Shown here: positions 8,982 through 20,689 of the stretch, piece by piece
How the letters are laid out: each line of letters opens with the position of its first letter
Position numbering within the stretch: position 1 is the first letter of the stretch
Assembly: GCA_965223825.1 (NCBI GenBank)
Contig: OZ245018.1
Coordinates: forward strand, 1,097,032-1,161,031
Origin: Gammaproteobacteria bacterium
GTDB lineage: Bacteria; Pseudomonadota; Gammaproteobacteria; CAJXQU01
Length of the DNA: 64,000 nt
Direction: 5' to 3'
Notes under the pieces: model-generated
What the model saw: the letters and a program-made list of their open reading frames with translations, nothing else
The model's database searches: none
Told to the model about the DNA's origin: nothing
Translations under genes and position numbers: made by a program

Positions 8982-9700
8982 TCATGGGATATTTAATAGG
9001 ACAAATGGTGTTTTGCTTGCTTCTTGCTTTCTTGCTTGGCTTATTGCTCGGTTGGTTGCTGGGAAGAATGTGTTGCCGAAATCGGCTGGGGTCGATCGAG
9101 GAAGAATATAAACTTAACTTATCACAAGCGGAGGCGGAGCGAGATAGTTACCGTGATAAGTGTGATGAGTTGAATGGCAGCTTATCAGAGTGGCAAAACA
9201 ATTCGGGAACCAGTGTGAGCGGTTCAACTCCAGCGCAATTTGCATCCTTAGCTGGTGCAGAAGCCGGAATCGGAATGGGATGGCCATATCCTGTCGAAGA
9301 AGTCGAAGGTATCGGGCCAACCTATGGACAACGTTTGCGCGAGATTAATATCGTCACTACGGAAGATCTGTTAGAGAAATGCTGCGAAGCGAGTCAACAA
9401 ACGGATACATCCAAGCACGTAAAAGTTGAACCGTTTGTGGTGGGTAAATGGGTGAGCATGTGTGATCTCATGCGAGTTCCGGGTGTTCGAGGGCAATTTG
9501 CTGAATTGCTGGAAGCGTCTGGTATCGCCTCAACTGGAGAGCTCGCTCGCCAGCAAGGGGCTAATCTTGCTTCAACACTTGCACGGGTCAATGCGGAAGA
9601 GCATCGCACGCCGACGGTGCCGGAAGTGGACGAAGTTAGTAAATGGATAGACAGTGCGCAAAAACTAACATCAATCATTAAGAGTCTCGCACCGAAATAA
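8978..9700 (+). CDS. membrane protein with a coiled-coil and two helix-hairpin-helix motifs (DUF4332-like)
   Basis: Its start overlaps the upstream stop (ATGA). It has an N-terminal TM helix, then EEVEGIGPTYGQRLREINI and MRVPGVRGQFAELLEASGI HhH-like motifs. Confidence 0.5.
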   Translation: MIMGYLIGQMVFCLLLAFLLGLLLGWLLGRMCCRNRLGSIEEEYKLNLSQAEAERDSYRDKCDELNGSLSEWQNNSGTSVSGSTPAQFASLAGAEAGIGMGWPYPVEEVEGIGPTYGQRLREINIVTTEDLLEKCCEASQQTDTSKHVKVEPFVVGKWVSMCDLMRVPGVRGQFAELLEASGIASTGELARQQGANLASTLARVNAEEHRTPTVPEVDEVSKWIDSAQKLTSIIKSLAPK

Positions 9701-9722
9701 GGTGGCGAAATCGTGGTAATTT

Positions 9723-9756
9723 ACAGGGCTGCTTTGCGGCCCTGTTTTATTTTTAG
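9723..9756 (+). terminator. rho-independent terminator
   Basis: A GC stem (acagggctgc tttg cggccctgt) is followed by ttttattttt. Confidence 0.5.
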
Positions 9757-9888
9757 CGGTGTAGAAATCTCTCTGAATTTTGACCACCTCTTAATATGTC
9801 AATTACTGACGGTTTAAACGGTTCTGAAATTGATTTCCCGAACGACACACTGTAAGCTTGCCGCCGCTAGCAAACTGATAACAGGAAC

Positions 9889-10659
9889 ATGATAGTGCGA
9901 ACGCCTTTCGTTGCAGGAAACTGGAAAATGAATGGATCATTGGCGACATTGATTCCATTAATCGAAGAAGTGAAATCAGGCCAAACTGATCTGACCAAGG
10001 TTGAGATTTCTGTTTGTCCACCTTTCGTTTACCTGCCAGCAATTGCAGCGCAATTAAAGGGTCACACGATCAAGCTTGGTGCACAAAATGCCGCTTTGCA
10101 GGGATCTGGTGCTTTCACGGGTGAAGTTTCTTGTGAAATGTTGCAGGATTTTAATTGCGATTATGTGATCATTGGTCACTCTGAGCGTCGAACCTTGTTC
10201 GGTGATACGGATCAGATCGTTGCGGAGAAATGTCAACGCGTTCAAGCAGCCGGAATGACGCCAATATTGTGTGTCGGTGAATTGCTTGAAGAGCGAGAAA
10301 CGGATCAGACTGAAGCTGTTATAACGCGTCAAGTGAACGCGGTGATAGCTCAAATTGGTGTCGCTGCATTCGAGAATGCTGTGATCGCTTATGAACCTGT
10401 CTGGGCGATCGGAACAGGTTTAACTGCATCACCGGAACAAGCGCAGTCCGTGCATGCGTTGATCAGAAATATTCTTCGTTCAGAAAAGGGCGGAGAAACT
10501 GTCGCTGAGAAAATTCGTATTCTCTATGGCGGTAGTGTAAAACCAGATAATGCCGATGATTTATTTGCGATGGACGATATCGATGGTGGTTTGATCGGTG
10601 GTGCGGCATTAAAGTCAGCCGATTTTCTTGCGATTTGCCAAGCGGCAGATTCAGCTTAA
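9889..10659 (+). CDS. tpiA: triosephosphate isomerase
   Basis: Motifs present are FVAGNWKMNGS, IIGHSERR and AYEPVWAIGTG. Length is 256 aa. Confidence 0.9.
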   Translation: MIVRTPFVAGNWKMNGSLATLIPLIEEVKSGQTDLTKVEISVCPPFVYLPAIAAQLKGHTIKLGAQNAALQGSGAFTGEVSCEMLQDFNCDYVIIGHSERRTLFGDTDQIVAEKCQRVQAAGMTPILCVGELLEERETDQTEAVITRQVNAVIAQIGVAAFENAVIAYEPVWAIGTGLTASPEQAQSVHALIRNILRSEKGGETVAEKIRILYGGSVKPDNADDLFAMDDIDGGLIGGAALKSADFLAICQAADSA

Positions 10660-10673
10660 AAGGTAAGTAAAGA

Positions 10674-11048
10674 ATGCAATCTATTTTATTAATTTTTCAT
10701 GTTCTGATGGCGTTAGCGCTGATCGGACTTATTTTGATTCAGCATGGTAAAGGTGCTGATGCGGGTGCTTCATTCGGTGGCGGCGCCTCTGGAACCGTAT
10801 TTGGATCGCAAGGATCGGGTTCATTCTTGACGCGCGCGACATCCATTCTTGCGTTAGTTTTTTTCGCAAACAGTTTTTTTCTTTCATACCTGTCAACCAA
10901 CCAGGTTGAAACGACATCTTTAGTCGATCAAGTACAAACAGTTGATGCAACTTCTGAGCAAGCTGATAAAATAGCACCAAGCAATCAGGCAGACGACGTG
11001 CCAGAGATTGAGACAGGGAGTTCAGATCTTCCCGTCATACCAGAGTAA
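10674..11048 (+). CDS. secG: preprotein translocase subunit SecG
   Basis: The N-terminal TM helix is followed by a Gly-rich loop (GKGADAGASFGGGASGTVFGSQG). Length is 124 aa. Its position before tRNA-Leu matches E. coli and Pseudomonas. Confidence 0.85.
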   Translation: MQSILLIFHVLMALALIGLILIQHGKGADAGASFGGGASGTVFGSQGSGSFLTRATSILALVFFANSFFLSYLSTNQVETTSLVDQVQTVDATSEQADKIAPSNQADDVPEIETGSSDLPVIPE

Positions 11049-11057
11049 AAAAATCTA

Positions 11058-11142
11058 GCCGATGTGGTGGAATTGGTAGACACGCTATCTTGAGGGGGTA
11101 GTGGCGAAAGCTGTGCCGGTTCGACTCCGGCCATCGGCACCA
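11058..11142 (+). tRNA. tRNA-Leu (anticodon GAG), long-variable-arm type, with encoded CCA
   Basis: The sequence is GCCGATGTGGTGGAATTGGTAGACACGCTATCTTGAGGGGGTAGTGGCGAAAGCTGTGCCGGTTCGACTCCGGCCATCGGCACCA. The 7 bp acceptor stem (GCCGATG / CATCGGC) and T-loop (GGTTCGACTCC) are canonical. The anticodon loop TTGAGGG carries GAG. This matches the secG-leuU arrangement. Confidence 0.85.
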
Positions 11143-11227
11143 TTTTGGAGGCAGTCAGTAAGCTAATTTCTGACTGATGAGGGTACATTGGGTTTTAGTA
11201 TCCAATCTTTAGTAAGGCAGTGTAAGT

Positions 11228-11584
11228 ATGCTTGAGCAGTACATACCGGTCTTAATTTTCCTTGGCGTCTCAACCGTCATAGGCATTATTTCCCTATCTT
11301 TGGGCTATCTATTTAGCCCAAACCGGCCTGATCCTGAAAAAAACTCTCCTTACGAATGCGGCTTTGAAGCATTTGAAGATGCGCGAATGAAATTCGACGT
11401 TCGCTATTATCTCGTCGCTATCCTTTTTATAATTTTTGATCTTGAAATTGCGTTTTTATTTCCATGGGCAACGGTATTAGATGAGTTAGGCATGTTTGGT
11501 TATCTCGCAATGCTGGTTTTTCTTGGGATTCTGGTGATTGGTTTCATCTACGAATGGAAAAAAGGAGCACTTGAGTGGGATTAG
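11228..11584 (+). CDS. nuoA: NADH-quinone oxidoreductase subunit A
   Basis: The product contains [42 protein letters not shown]. Confidence 0.9.
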   Translation: MLEQYIPVLIFLGVSTVIGIISLSLGYLFSPNRPDPEKNSPYECGFEAFEDARMKFDVRYYLVAILFIIFDLEIAFLFPWATVLDELGMFGYLAMLVFLGILVIGFIYEWKKGALEWD

Positions 11585-12099
11585 AAAGTGTTCAAAAAAC
11601 GGGGTTTGTCACGACGACTGTTGACTCTGTCGTCAATTGGGCGAGAACAGGTTCTCTGTGGCCAATGACATTTGGCTTGGCTTGTTGTGCTGTTGAAATG
11701 ATGCAGGCAGGTGCTTCGCGTTATGATCTTGATCGTTTTGGGGTTGTTTTTCGACCAAGCCCGCGACAATCTGATGTCATGATCGTTGCTGGAACACTGG
11801 TCAACAAAATGGCACCAGCACTACGTAAAGTGTACGACCAAATGGCGGAGCCGCGTTGGGTGATCTCAATGGGATCGTGTGCAAATGGTGGTGGTTATTA
11901 CCATTATTCTTACTCGGTTGTCCGAGGCTGTGATCGCATCGTACCGGTTGATGTTTATGTTCCGGGTTGCCCTCCTACAGCTGAAGCGCTGCTATACGGC
12001 ATTATTCAGTTGCAGAAAAAAATTAAGCGTACGCATGTCATTGCACGACCTGATCTTAAGTCCAATCGGACTACTGAAAATTCACCCATCATTGTATAG
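11575..12099 (+). CDS. nuoB: NADH-quinone oxidoreductase subunit B
   Basis: A GTG start overlaps the nuoA stop. Motifs present are [24 protein letters not shown] and PGCPP. Confidence 0.9.
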   Translation: MGLESVQKTGFVTTTVDSVVNWARTGSLWPMTFGLACCAVEMMQAGASRYDLDRFGVVFRPSPRQSDVMIVAGTLVNKMAPALRKVYDQMAEPRWVISMGSCANGGGYYHYSYSVVRGCDRIVPVDVYVPGCPPTAEALLYGIIQLQKKIKRTHVIARPDLKSNRTTENSPIIV

Positions 12100-12116
12100 A
12101 ACTGAATCGATATTAA

Positions 12117-12788
12117 ATGAATATGGCTACCGATAAGCTCTGCGCACGTCTTGAAGACCGTTTCAGTGCGATCATCAGTGGTCAAGAAGTAATTCAAAAC
12201 CAAGTTCTTCTGACGGTGCCCACTGAGCATTTACTGACGTTGTGTACCGAACTCCGCGATCAGGACGAATTCCATTTCGAACAACTTATGGACCTTTGTG
12301 GTGTCGATTTTTCCACCTACGGGCAAGCCGACTGGAAAACTGGCAATGCGACGAATACGGGTTTTAGCCGTGCGGTTTCGCGATCGGTTGTGGATAATAC
12401 CCATTCAGAAAATCGTTTCGCCGTTGTCTACCAATTGCTATCCATAAAGCATAATCAACGTATCCGCATTAGGACCTTTTTAAATAGCGATACGCCGATC
12501 GTACCTTCCGTGAATGACATTTGGAATTCTGCGAATTGGTATGAGCGGGAAGCATTCGATATGTTTGGAATTCTGTTTACCAGTCACCCTGATCTGCGAC
12601 GTTTATTAACGGACTATGGGTTTATCGGCCACCCGTTCCGGAAAGATTTCCCGTTGGAAGGCAATGTGGAAGTTCGCTATGACGAAGAACAGGGGCGTGT
12701 AATCTATCAACCCGTCTCGATTGAAAATCGAACGCTCGTGCCACGCGTGATCAGGCATGACAGTCGTTACGCAGGGAAGGAAAGTTAG
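12117..12788 (+). CDS. nuoC: NADH-quinone oxidoreductase subunit C (not fused to NuoD)
   Basis: The 223 aa product has a 30 kDa-subunit signature ([33 protein letters not shown]). Its stop abuts the nuoD ATG. Confidence 0.85.
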   Translation: MNMATDKLCARLEDRFSAIISGQEVIQNQVLLTVPTEHLLTLCTELRDQDEFHFEQLMDLCGVDFSTYGQADWKTGNATNTGFSRAVSRSVVDNTHSENRFAVVYQLLSIKHNQRIRIRTFLNSDTPIVPSVNDIWNSANWYEREAFDMFGILFTSHPDLRRLLTDYGFIGHPFRKDFPLEGNVEVRYDEEQGRVIYQPVSIENRTLVPRVIRHDSRYAGKES

Positions 12789-14042
12789 ATGCCGGAAATT
12801 AAGAACATGACGCTTAATTTTGGTCCGCAACATCCGGCAGCTCATGGTGTACTTCGATTGATTTTGGAGATGGATGGCGAAGTGATCGAGCGGGCTGATC
12901 CACACGTTGGCCTATTACATCGCGGCACGGAAAAACTCGCTGAGAGCAAACCATTTAACCAAAGCATTGGCTACATGGATCGCCTCGATTACGTTTCTAT
13001 GATGTGTAACGAACACGCCTATGTCTCAGCGATCGAGAAGTTACTTGAGATCGAACCGCCTGTTCGAGCGCAATATATTCGTGTCATGTTTGATGAAATA
13101 ACCCGTATTTTGAATCACCTTATGTGGCTCGGCGCTCATGGACTCGATATTGGTGCAATGACGGTATTTTTGTATTGCTTCCGCGATCGCGAAGATTTAA
13201 TGGATTGCTATGAAGCTGTTTCAGGTACGCGCATGCACGCAACTTATTATCGACCTGGTGGTGTTTATCGTGATCTGCCAGATGCGATGCCGCAATACAA
13301 AGCTTCAAAGTGGAAAAGTGACAAAGACGTAAGTCGTCTAAACAAAAATCGGCAAGGTTCCTTACTCGATTTTATTGACGATTTTACAGATCGCTTCCCA
13401 ACGTGTGTCGATGAGTATGAAACCTTATTAACAGACAACCGGATCTGGAAACAGCGAACCGTTGGGATCAGTGTCGTTAGTCCAGAACGTGCATTGCAGA
13501 TGGGGTTTTCTGGCCCAATGTTGCGTGGATCTGGCATCGCATGGGATTTGCGTAAAAAACAACCTTATGAAGTCTATGACAAAATGGATTTCGATATTCC
13601 GATCGGTACGAATGGTGATTGTTATGATCGTTACCTCGTGCGTGTTGAAGAGATGCGTCAATCTAATCGTATTATCAAACAATGTGTTGACTGGTTACGT
13701 GCGAATCCTGGCCCAGTTATGCATGAAGATCACAAACTCACACCGCCTGATCGCGAATCGATGAAAGGTGATATGGAAGCATTAATCCACCATTTTAAAT
13801 TATTCACCGAAGGCTACTGTGTACCGGCGGGCGAAGTCTATTCCGCCATCGAGCATCCTAAAGGCGAGTTCGGTATTTATTTGATTTCGGACGGTGCCAA
13901 TAAACCTTATCGCGTAAAAATTCGTGCGGCTGGTTTTGCGCACCTTGCTGCGATCGATGAAATGGTCAAAGGCCATATGCTGGCGGATGTGGTTGCCGTG
14001 ATCGGTACACAGGACATCGTATTTGGGGAGATTGATCGATGA
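12789..14042 (+). CDS. nuoD: NADH-quinone oxidoreductase subunit D
   Basis: Motifs present are [24 protein letters not shown] and the C-terminal [10 protein letters not shown]. Length is 417 aa. Confidence 0.9.
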   Translation: MPEIKNMTLNFGPQHPAAHGVLRLILEMDGEVIERADPHVGLLHRGTEKLAESKPFNQSIGYMDRLDYVSMMCNEHAYVSAIEKLLEIEPPVRAQYIRVMFDEITRILNHLMWLGAHGLDIGAMTVFLYCFRDREDLMDCYEAVSGTRMHATYYRPGGVYRDLPDAMPQYKASKWKSDKDVSRLNKNRQGSLLDFIDDFTDRFPTCVDEYETLLTDNRIWKQRTVGISVVSPERALQMGFSGPMLRGSGIAWDLRKKQPYEVYDKMDFDIPIGTNGDCYDRYLVRVEEMRQSNRIIKQCVDWLRANPGPVMHEDHKLTPPDRESMKGDMEALIHHFKLFTEGYCVPAGEVYSAIEHPKGEFGIYLISDGANKPYRVKIRAAGFAHLAAIDEMVKGHMLADVVAVIGTQDIVFGEIDR

Positions 14043-14527
14043 CAGCAAGCGTATTAAGTGATCATCTCAAGCAGGAAATTGATCACTGGATCAAAAAATA
14101 CCCGACTGAGCAAAGACAGTCAGCCGTGCTTGGCGCGCTGCGCGGGGCGCAGCATGAGAATAAAGGTTTTCTGACGGTTGAGTTAATGGACGCGGTTGCT
14201 GATTATCTCGGAATGAGCAAGATCGCGGTCTATGAAGTGGCTAGTTTTTACTCCATGTTGGAAACAAAACCTGTTGGCCGTCACAGTGTTTCAGTGTGTA
14301 CGAATATTTCCTGTATGTTGTGTGGATCAGACAGCATCGTGGATTACATTGAAAAGAAACTTGATATAAAAACAGGCGAATCGACCGAAGATGGACGAAT
14401 TCATTTGAAGTTGGAGGAAGAATGTTTAGCCGCTTGCTGTGGTGCACCGATGATGCAGGTTGATCATATTTATTATGAAAACCTCACCCCTGAAAAAATT
14501 GACGAAATTCTGGACAAACTGCAATGA
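14039..14527 (+). CDS. nuoE: NADH-quinone oxidoreductase subunit E
   Basis: The 2Fe-2S thioredoxin-like motifs [12 protein letters not shown] and [13 protein letters not shown] are present. Its start overlaps the nuoD stop. Confidence 0.9.
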   Translation: MTASVLSDHLKQEIDHWIKKYPTEQRQSAVLGALRGAQHENKGFLTVELMDAVADYLGMSKIAVYEVASFYSMLETKPVGRHSVSVCTNISCMLCGSDSIVDYIEKKLDIKTGESTEDGRIHLKLEEECLAACCGAPMMQVDHIYYENLTPEKIDEILDKLQ

Positions 14528-15825
14528 CAGACTTGGCCCTTGATCTTACCTGTTACGAAACGCGTCAGTTTGATGAGCCGTGGACGTTAGAGAATTACCT
14601 GAAAATCGGTGGTTATGATGCTTGGAAAAAAATCCTTAGCGAAAAAACACGCGCCATGGAGATCATCGAGGAGGTCAAAAACTCCGGTTTGCGCGGACGT
14701 GGCGGAGCGGGTTTCCCAACGGGGGTGAAGTGGAGTTTTATGCCGCGTGTGGGTGGGCAGAATTATATTGTTTGCAACTCTGATGAGAGCGAACCCGGCA
14801 CCTGTAAAGATCGCGATATCTTACGTTTTAACCCCCATGCGTTAGTTGAAGGTATGGCGATCGCGGGTTATGCGATCGGCGCGACGGTTGGTTATAACTA
14901 CATGCGTGGCGAGTTTATGGACGAGCCATACAAACGTTTTGAAGCAGCAGTTAATGAAGCTTACGAACTGGGGTTATTAGGGAAAAATATTCAAGGTACT
15001 GGGATTAATTTTGATCTTCATCCAACACTTGGAGCCGGAGCTTACATTTGCGGAGAGGAGACCGCTTTACTTGAATCGCTTGAAGGTAAAAAAGGTCAGC
15101 CGCGTTACAAACCACCATTTCCTGCCGGTTATGGTTTATACGGGCGACCAACCACGATCAACAATACAGAATCATTAGCAAGTGTCCCCAGCATTATGCG
15201 CAACGGTGCGAAATGGTTTGCTGAACTAGGTATTCCGAATAATGGGGGAACAAAAATTTTCTCTATTAGCGGGCATGTCGAAAACCCTGGTAATTTTGAA
15301 ATTCCGATGGGGACGCCGTTTAATACTTTGCTCGAACTCGCTGGCGGCATGCGTGGAGGACGTCCGATCAAAGCTGTGATTCCCGGTGGCTCATCAGTAC
15401 CGGTTTTGCCCGGTGATGTGATGATGACGTTGAATATGGATTATGACTCGATCTCAAAGGGCGGCTCAATGCTTGGTTCTGGCGCGGTAATCGTGATGGA
15501 TGACACGACAGATATGGTCAAGGCGTTGCAACGGATCTCCCGTTTTTATTACGCTGAATCGTGCGGACAGTGCACGCCTTGTCGCGAGGGTACAGGCTGG
15601 CTTTATCGCATGCTGACACGCATTGTTGAAGGCAAAGGTGAACTGGCGGACCTGGATAAATTGAACGATATTGCCGGTAAAATTGGTGGACGAACAATTT
15701 GTGCGCTCGGAGACGCTGCCGCGATGCCGGTGCAGAGTATGTTGAAACACTTTATGCCGGAATTTGAATTTTACATTAAGAATGGGCATAGCATGGTTAA
15801 CGCTCAGGGAAATGAGGCTGCCTAA
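14524..15825 (+). CDS. nuoF: NADH-quinone oxidoreductase subunit F
   Basis: The product has [13 protein letters not shown] (FMN/NADH site) and a 4Fe-4S motif ([12 protein letters not shown]). Confidence 0.9.
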   Translation: MTDLALDLTCYETRQFDEPWTLENYLKIGGYDAWKKILSEKTRAMEIIEEVKNSGLRGRGGAGFPTGVKWSFMPRVGGQNYIVCNSDESEPGTCKDRDILRFNPHALVEGMAIAGYAIGATVGYNYMRGEFMDEPYKRFEAAVNEAYELGLLGKNIQGTGINFDLHPTLGAGAYICGEETALLESLEGKKGQPRYKPPFPAGYGLYGRPTTINNTESLASVPSIMRNGAKWFAELGIPNNGGTKIFSISGHVENPGNFEIPMGTPFNTLLELAGGMRGGRPIKAVIPGGSSVPVLPGDVMMTLNMDYDSISKGGSMLGSGAVIVMDDTTDMVKALQRISRFYYAESCGQCTPCREGTGWLYRMLTRIVEGKGELADLDKLNDIAGKIGGRTICALGDAAAMPVQSMLKHFMPEFEFYIKNGHSMVNAQGNEAA

Positions 15826-18221
15826 TGCTCGGTTCTGATCACCACTCGCATCTCGTCACCATTGAAGTGGATGGTAAGCCGGTTCAAGCCGAAAAGGGTT
15901 CAATGCTGATCGAAGCCACTGACCAAGCTGGCGTGAATATTCCGCGATTCTGTTATCACAAGAAGTTAACGGTCGCGGCAAATTGCCGCATGTGTCTCGT
16001 GCAAGTAGAAAAATCGAACAAGCCCGTACCAGCCTGCGCGACGCCTGTGATGGAAGGTATGAAAGTCTTCACGCAATCAAGTGTCGCGTTAGAAGCGCAA
16101 AAAGCCACGATGGAATTCTTGTTGATCAACCACCCGTTGGATTGTCCTATTTGTGATCAGGGTGGCGAGTGCGAATTACAAGATGTGGCGATGGGTTATG
16201 GCGGTGACGTCTCCCGATACACTGAACAAAAACGCGTGGTTAAAGATAAAAATATCGGCCCGCTGATCCAAACTGACATGACACGTTGTATTCACTGTAC
16301 ACGTTGCGTCCGGTTCGGTGATGAAATTGCGGGCATGCGTGAACTCGGTGCAACCGGTCGCGGCGAAGATATGAAAATCGGTACGTATGTCGAACAATCT
16401 GTCACATCGGAACTTTCCGGGAATATTATCGATCTCTGTCCGGTTGGCGCACTGACATCTAAGCCGTTCCGCTATTCGGCACGCGCTTGGGAAATGCGTC
16501 AATTTGAAAGTATCGCTCCGCATGATTCGATTGGATCAAATATCTATGTTCATGCGAAAGGCAATAGCGTCAAACGGATCGTCCCGCGTGAGAATGAAGC
16601 GATCAATGAAGTGTGGATTTCAGATCGGGACCGGTTTAGTTATGAAGGTCTAACCAGTCCAGATCGTTTACTCAAGCCGATGGTGAAAGAAAACGGACAG
16701 TGGCATGAAACCGATTGGGAAACAGCACTGAGATTTGCAGTGAATGGCCTGCGCAAAATTTTGCCGCAACAGATCGGCGGATTGGCTTCTGCTACAAGCA
16801 CTTTCGAAGAACTGTATTTATTTCAAAAGTTATTGCGTGGGATAGGAATAGCGAATATTGATCATCGTCTCATGCAGGCGGATTTTTCTGATCAGGATGC
16901 ATTACCTGCATTCCCAAGCTTAGGCACCAGTTTGCAATCATTAGAAGAAGTCGAGAGTGCATTATTAATCGGCACGAATCTGAGAAATGAACTACCGTTA
17001 TTAAATATTCGATTGCGTAAAGCAGTCGATCACGGTGCGGAAATTTTCGTGGTAAATCCGGTTGATTTTGATCTAACCTGGGAAGCAGTGGGGCGTTTGA
17101 TCCAATCCCCTTCTGCGACGGAAACAGTACTTGCCGGTATCTTGCTCGCATTACTCGACGGCAGTGTCATTCCAGCTGATTTACAACCGATGTTGGACGG
17201 TGTCAACGCGACTCGCGAGCACAAAATTATCGCTGACTCATTACGTGAGAGTGAAGATGCAGTTGTGTTGGTTGGACACCTCGCCAGTACGTGGCCGAAC
17301 GCCAGTAAGATCAGGGCGCTAAGCGGGTTGGTGGCCAAATTCAGTGGTGCGCGTTTCGGCTACTTACCTGAAGCAGCGAACAGTGTCGGCGCATGGTTAA
17401 CCGGGGTATTGCCACATCGTGGTCCGGGCGCTCAGGCATTAGATAAACCCGGATTGAATTCGCAAGATATGTTTGCGGACATGCTGCGCGGCTATGTGTT
17501 AATGGGAACGGAGCCTGAACTGGATAGTTTAACGTCGGTAACCGCGGTACAAGCGCTAAAACAAGCAGAGTGTGTTGTCTCTTTATTTGGTTTCCGATCA
17601 GATGCGATGTTGGATTACGCCGACGTTTTATTACCCATGGCGCAGTTTGCTGAAACATCAGGTACCTATATCAATGCGGAAGGGACGTGGCAAAGTTTCC
17701 AAGGGATTGTGAAGCCGCAAGGTGAAGCCCGTCCTGCATGGAAGGTCTTGCGTGTTCTCGGAAATATGTTTGGCCTAGATGGTTTTTCATACGACTCCTC
17801 TGAAGACGTCTTGGCTGATGCAACGCGTCAGATCGGCAAAGACACAACCCAATTAGATAACACACAGAACGTTGGTCGGTGGGTTGTCCCGAAAGAGTTG
17901 AGTAAGGAAGATTTAGGTATTGAGCTTGTTTTTGATACACCGGTTTATTTTACAGATGCGCTGGTTCGACGTGCGCCGGCGTTACAAGCAATGCAAAATA
18001 ACTGGGCAAGCATTATTCAGATCAATCCCGAACTCGCGGCCAAGCTCAAAGTAAAAGACGGCGATAAAATACGCATTGCGCAAGAACTGCATTCAGTTGA
18101 ATTAGATTGTGCACTGGATGCCCGCGTTCCAAAAACCTGCGTGTTATGGCGTCGCGGTCTGACACCAGAACCGGATTTTGGCATACAACCAGGGCTTTTT
18201 ACTCTGGAGAAGGTTCAATGA
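15825..18221 (+). CDS. nuoG: NADH-quinone oxidoreductase subunit G
   Basis: The N-terminal 2Fe-2S and 4Fe-4S cysteine clusters are present ([32 protein letters not shown]). Length is 798 aa. Confidence 0.9.
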   Translation: MLGSDHHSHLVTIEVDGKPVQAEKGSMLIEATDQAGVNIPRFCYHKKLTVAANCRMCLVQVEKSNKPVPACATPVMEGMKVFTQSSVALEAQKATMEFLLINHPLDCPICDQGGECELQDVAMGYGGDVSRYTEQKRVVKDKNIGPLIQTDMTRCIHCTRCVRFGDEIAGMRELGATGRGEDMKIGTYVEQSVTSELSGNIIDLCPVGALTSKPFRYSARAWEMRQFESIAPHDSIGSNIYVHAKGNSVKRIVPRENEAINEVWISDRDRFSYEGLTSPDRLLKPMVKENGQWHETDWETALRFAVNGLRKILPQQIGGLASATSTFEELYLFQKLLRGIGIANIDHRLMQADFSDQDALPAFPSLGTSLQSLEEVESALLIGTNLRNELPLLNIRLRKAVDHGAEIFVVNPVDFDLTWEAVGRLIQSPSATETVLAGILLALLDGSVIPADLQPMLDGVNATREHKIIADSLRESEDAVVLVGHLASTWPNASKIRALSGLVAKFSGARFGYLPEAANSVGAWLTGVLPHRGPGAQALDKPGLNSQDMFADMLRGYVLMGTEPELDSLTSVTAVQALKQAECVVSLFGFRSDAMLDYADVLLPMAQFAETSGTYINAEGTWQSFQGIVKPQGEARPAWKVLRVLGNMFGLDGFSYDSSEDVLADATRQIGKDTTQLDNTQNVGRWVVPKELSKEDLGIELVFDTPVYFTDALVRRAPALQAMQNNWASIIQINPELAAKLKVKDGDKIRIAQELHSVELDCALDARVPKTCVLWRRGLTPEPDFGIQPGLFTLEKVQ

Positions 18222-19282
18222 TGGAAACGCTGCAACTTTGGTTAGCAGGGTTTTTACCGGAACCAATGCCGCTGATCTCGGTGACGTTACTGAAGATCAC
18301 CTGCATAGTTGCACCGATCATGGCGTGCGTTGCTTACCTGACTTTTGCAGAACGAAAAATAATTGGTTTTTTGCAAATGCGCGTTGGGCCAAATCGCGTT
18401 GGGCCGCGAGGTTGGGGGCAACCGATAGCGGATGCGCTCAAACTCTTAACTAAAGAAATCATTTTACCGAGTAAGGCAAATCGGACACTTTTTTTACTTG
18501 GCCCGATCATCACATTAGCACCAGCACTGGCCGCCTGGGCAGTCATTCCATTTGATGAGCTGCGCGTATTAGCGGACATTAATGCCGGTTTGTTGTACAT
18601 CCTCGCACTCACATCACTGGCCGTTTACGGTGTATTGATCGCAGGTTGGTCATCCAATTCAAAATATTCTTTTTTAAGTTGTATGCGTTGTTCTGCGCAA
18701 ATTGTCTCGTATGAGATTGCAATGGGTTTTGCATTAGTTGGCGTATTGATCGCGTCTGGTAGTTTGAATTTACGCGATATTGTTATGGCGCAAGAAGGCA
18801 CGATCGCAAACTGGTTTTTCTTGCCGCTATTTCCACTTTTTATTGTGTATTTTATTTCAGGCGTAGCAGAAACTAATCGTGCGCCATTTGATGTCGCAGA
18901 AGGCGAGTCAGAAATCGTCGCGGGTTTTCATGTGGAGTATTCCGGCATGGGGTTCGCGCTGTTTTTCCTCGCCGAATACGCCAATATGATTTTAATCTCC
19001 GCGTTAAGCGCAGTGATGTTTCTTGGCGGTTGGTTATCGCCGTTTGCAGGAATTCCTTATCTCGGCGAATGGTTTGCAGTTGTGCCGGGTATTTTCTGGT
19101 TAATTTTAAAAACCGGTTTTTTCCTTTTTCTTTTTCTTTGGTTCCGCGCAACATTTCCGCGTTACCGATATGATCAGATCATGCGGTTGGGTTGGAAAGT
19201 GTTTATCCCGATCACGATTATCTGGATCTTGGTTGTTGGAGGCATGGTGGTGTTTCAAATACCGCCTTGGTTTAACACATGA
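18218..19282 (+). CDS. nuoH: NADH-quinone oxidoreductase subunit H
   Basis: The ATG at 18218 overlaps the nuoG TGA. The longer ORF in the track (from 18107) would overlap nuoG by more than 100 nt and is rejected. The product is polytopic and contains [14 protein letters not shown] and SNSKYSFLS. Confidence 0.9.
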   Translation: MMETLQLWLAGFLPEPMPLISVTLLKITCIVAPIMACVAYLTFAERKIIGFLQMRVGPNRVGPRGWGQPIADALKLLTKEIILPSKANRTLFLLGPIITLAPALAAWAVIPFDELRVLADINAGLLYILALTSLAVYGVLIAGWSSNSKYSFLSCMRCSAQIVSYEIAMGFALVGVLIASGSLNLRDIVMAQEGTIANWFFLPLFPLFIVYFISGVAETNRAPFDVAEGESEIVAGFHVEYSGMGFALFFLAEYANMILISALSAVMFLGGWLSPFAGIPYLGEWFAVVPGIFWLILKTGFFLFLFLWFRATFPRYRYDQIMRLGWKVFIPITIIWILVVGGMVVFQIPPWFNT

Positions 19283-19767
19283 AATCACTTTGGGTCACAT
19301 TTAAAAGTCTCTTTCTTTGGGAATTGCTGAAAGGTTTACGTCAAACGGGGTCACATCTCATTGAGCGAAAAGTCACCGTGCAATACCCAGAAGAAAAAAC
19401 GCCACAATCGCCGCGCTTTCGGGGTTTGCATGCATTACGTCGTTACCCGAATGGCGAAGAGCGCTGCATTGCGTGCAAGTTGTGTGAAGCTGTCTGTCCA
19501 GCGTGTGCGATCACGATTGAATCTGAAATGCGTGAAGATGGCACGCGCCGAACCACGCGTTACGATATTGATTTAAGTAAATGTATTTACTGCGGTTTTT
19601 GTGAAGAATCTTGCCCAGTTGATTCCATCGTTGAATCACGTCATTTCGAATATCATGCTGAGGATCGCGAAGGTTTATTGATGACGAAAGATAAACTGCT
19701 CGCTAACGCGGCATTATTGGAAGATGAGATCGCGGCAGATCGTGCCGTTGAGGCCAAATACCGATGA
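19279..19767 (+). CDS. nuoI: NADH-quinone oxidoreductase subunit I
   Basis: Two 4Fe-4S ferredoxin motifs are present ([24 protein letters not shown]). Confidence 0.9.
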   Translation: MKSLWVTFKSLFLWELLKGLRQTGSHLIERKVTVQYPEEKTPQSPRFRGLHALRRYPNGEERCIACKLCEAVCPACAITIESEMREDGTRRTTRYDIDLSKCIYCGFCEESCPVDSIVESRHFEYHAEDREGLLMTKDKLLANAALLEDEIAADRAVEAKYR

Positions 19768-20384
19768 TGGGTTTACCGTTTGATCTGCTGATCTTTTATC
19801 TCTTTGCGATCGTTCTGGTGTTAGCCGCGAGCATGGTGATTATTGTTCGAAATCCTGTGCATGCAGCGTTGTTTTTAGTGTTGAGTTTTTTCGCGAGTTC
19901 GGCGATCTGGATGTTGCTGGAAGCCGAGTTTCTTGCGATTACCCTAGTCTTGGTTTATGTCGGCGCCGTGATGGTGTTGTTCTTATTCGTTGTCATGATG
20001 TTGGATATCAACCTAGCTGTGATGAAAGACGGGTTTATAAAACATGTCTTGATCGGTGGTGTGATCGCCGTGTTATTGCTGATCGTTATGGTCCAAGTTG
20101 TCGGCCCACAAAATATGGGGGCGGATTCAGTCCAAGCGCCTGAACGTCATGCGGCTGATTACAGTAATACTGAAGAATTAGGTCGGGTTTTGTATACAGA
20201 CTATTTGTACGCATTTGAAATTGCTGCAGTGATTTTATTAGTCGCGATCATCGCCGCGATCATGTTGAATTTGCGTAAATCACGAAATCAAATCACGCCT
20301 AAAGTTGCGGATCAAGTGTTGGTCAGAAAACAGGACCGCTTGAAAATTATTAAAATGGATGCGGAAACGGGGGAGCGGGAATGA
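19764..20384 (+). CDS. nuoJ: NADH-quinone oxidoreductase subunit J
   Basis: It is a hydrophobic 206 aa protein whose position and overlaps fit the nuo operon. Confidence 0.85.
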   Translation: MMGLPFDLLIFYLFAIVLVLAASMVIIVRNPVHAALFLVLSFFASSAIWMLLEAEFLAITLVLVYVGAVMVLFLFVVMMLDINLAVMKDGFIKHVLIGGVIAVLLLIVMVQVVGPQNMGADSVQAPERHAADYSNTEELGRVLYTDYLYAFEIAAVILLVAIIAAIMLNLRKSRNQITPKVADQVLVRKQDRLKIIKMDAETGERE

Positions 20385-20689
20385 GTTTAACGCTGTCACA
20401 TTTTCTCGTCCTCGGGGCCATTCTTTTCACACTCAGTGTGACGGGTATTTTTCTGAATCGAAAAAACCTGATCATTATTTTAATGTGTATTGAGTTAATG
20501 CTGCTTTCGGTCAATATGAATTTCATCGCTTTTTCTTATTTTGCGAATGATATCGCTGGGCAGGTTTTTGTCTTTTTTATCCTTACCGTCGCAGCTGCAG
20601 AGGCGGCGATTGGTTTGGCTATTTTAGTCGTGCTGTTTCGAAATAGAGACACGATCAATGTTGCTGAACTGGATGATTTGAAAGGATGA
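20381..20689 (+). CDS. nuoK: NADH-quinone oxidoreductase subunit K
   Basis: It is a 102 aa three-TM protein. The conserved Glu in TM2 ([10 protein letters not shown]) is present. Confidence 0.9.
   Translation: MSLTLSHFLVLGAILFTLSVTGIFLNRKNLIIILMCIELMLLSVNMNFIAFSYFANDIAGQVFVFFILTVAAAEAAIGLAILVVLFRNRDTINVAELDDLKG

Noticed and set aside
18107-18217. Upstream extension of the nuoH ORF (start at 18107)
   Set aside because: It would overlap nuoG by 115 nt. The ATG at 18218, overlapping the nuoG TGA, gives the canonical NuoH N-terminus.
12606-18612. Multiple 60-115 aa ORFs antisense to nuoC-nuoH (e.g. 13428-13682, 16176-16523, 17341-17658, 18334-18612)
   Set aside because: They have no conserved motifs, are Cys/Arg/His-rich in a way typical of reverse-strand reading of coding DNA, and all are embedded in conserved nuo genes.
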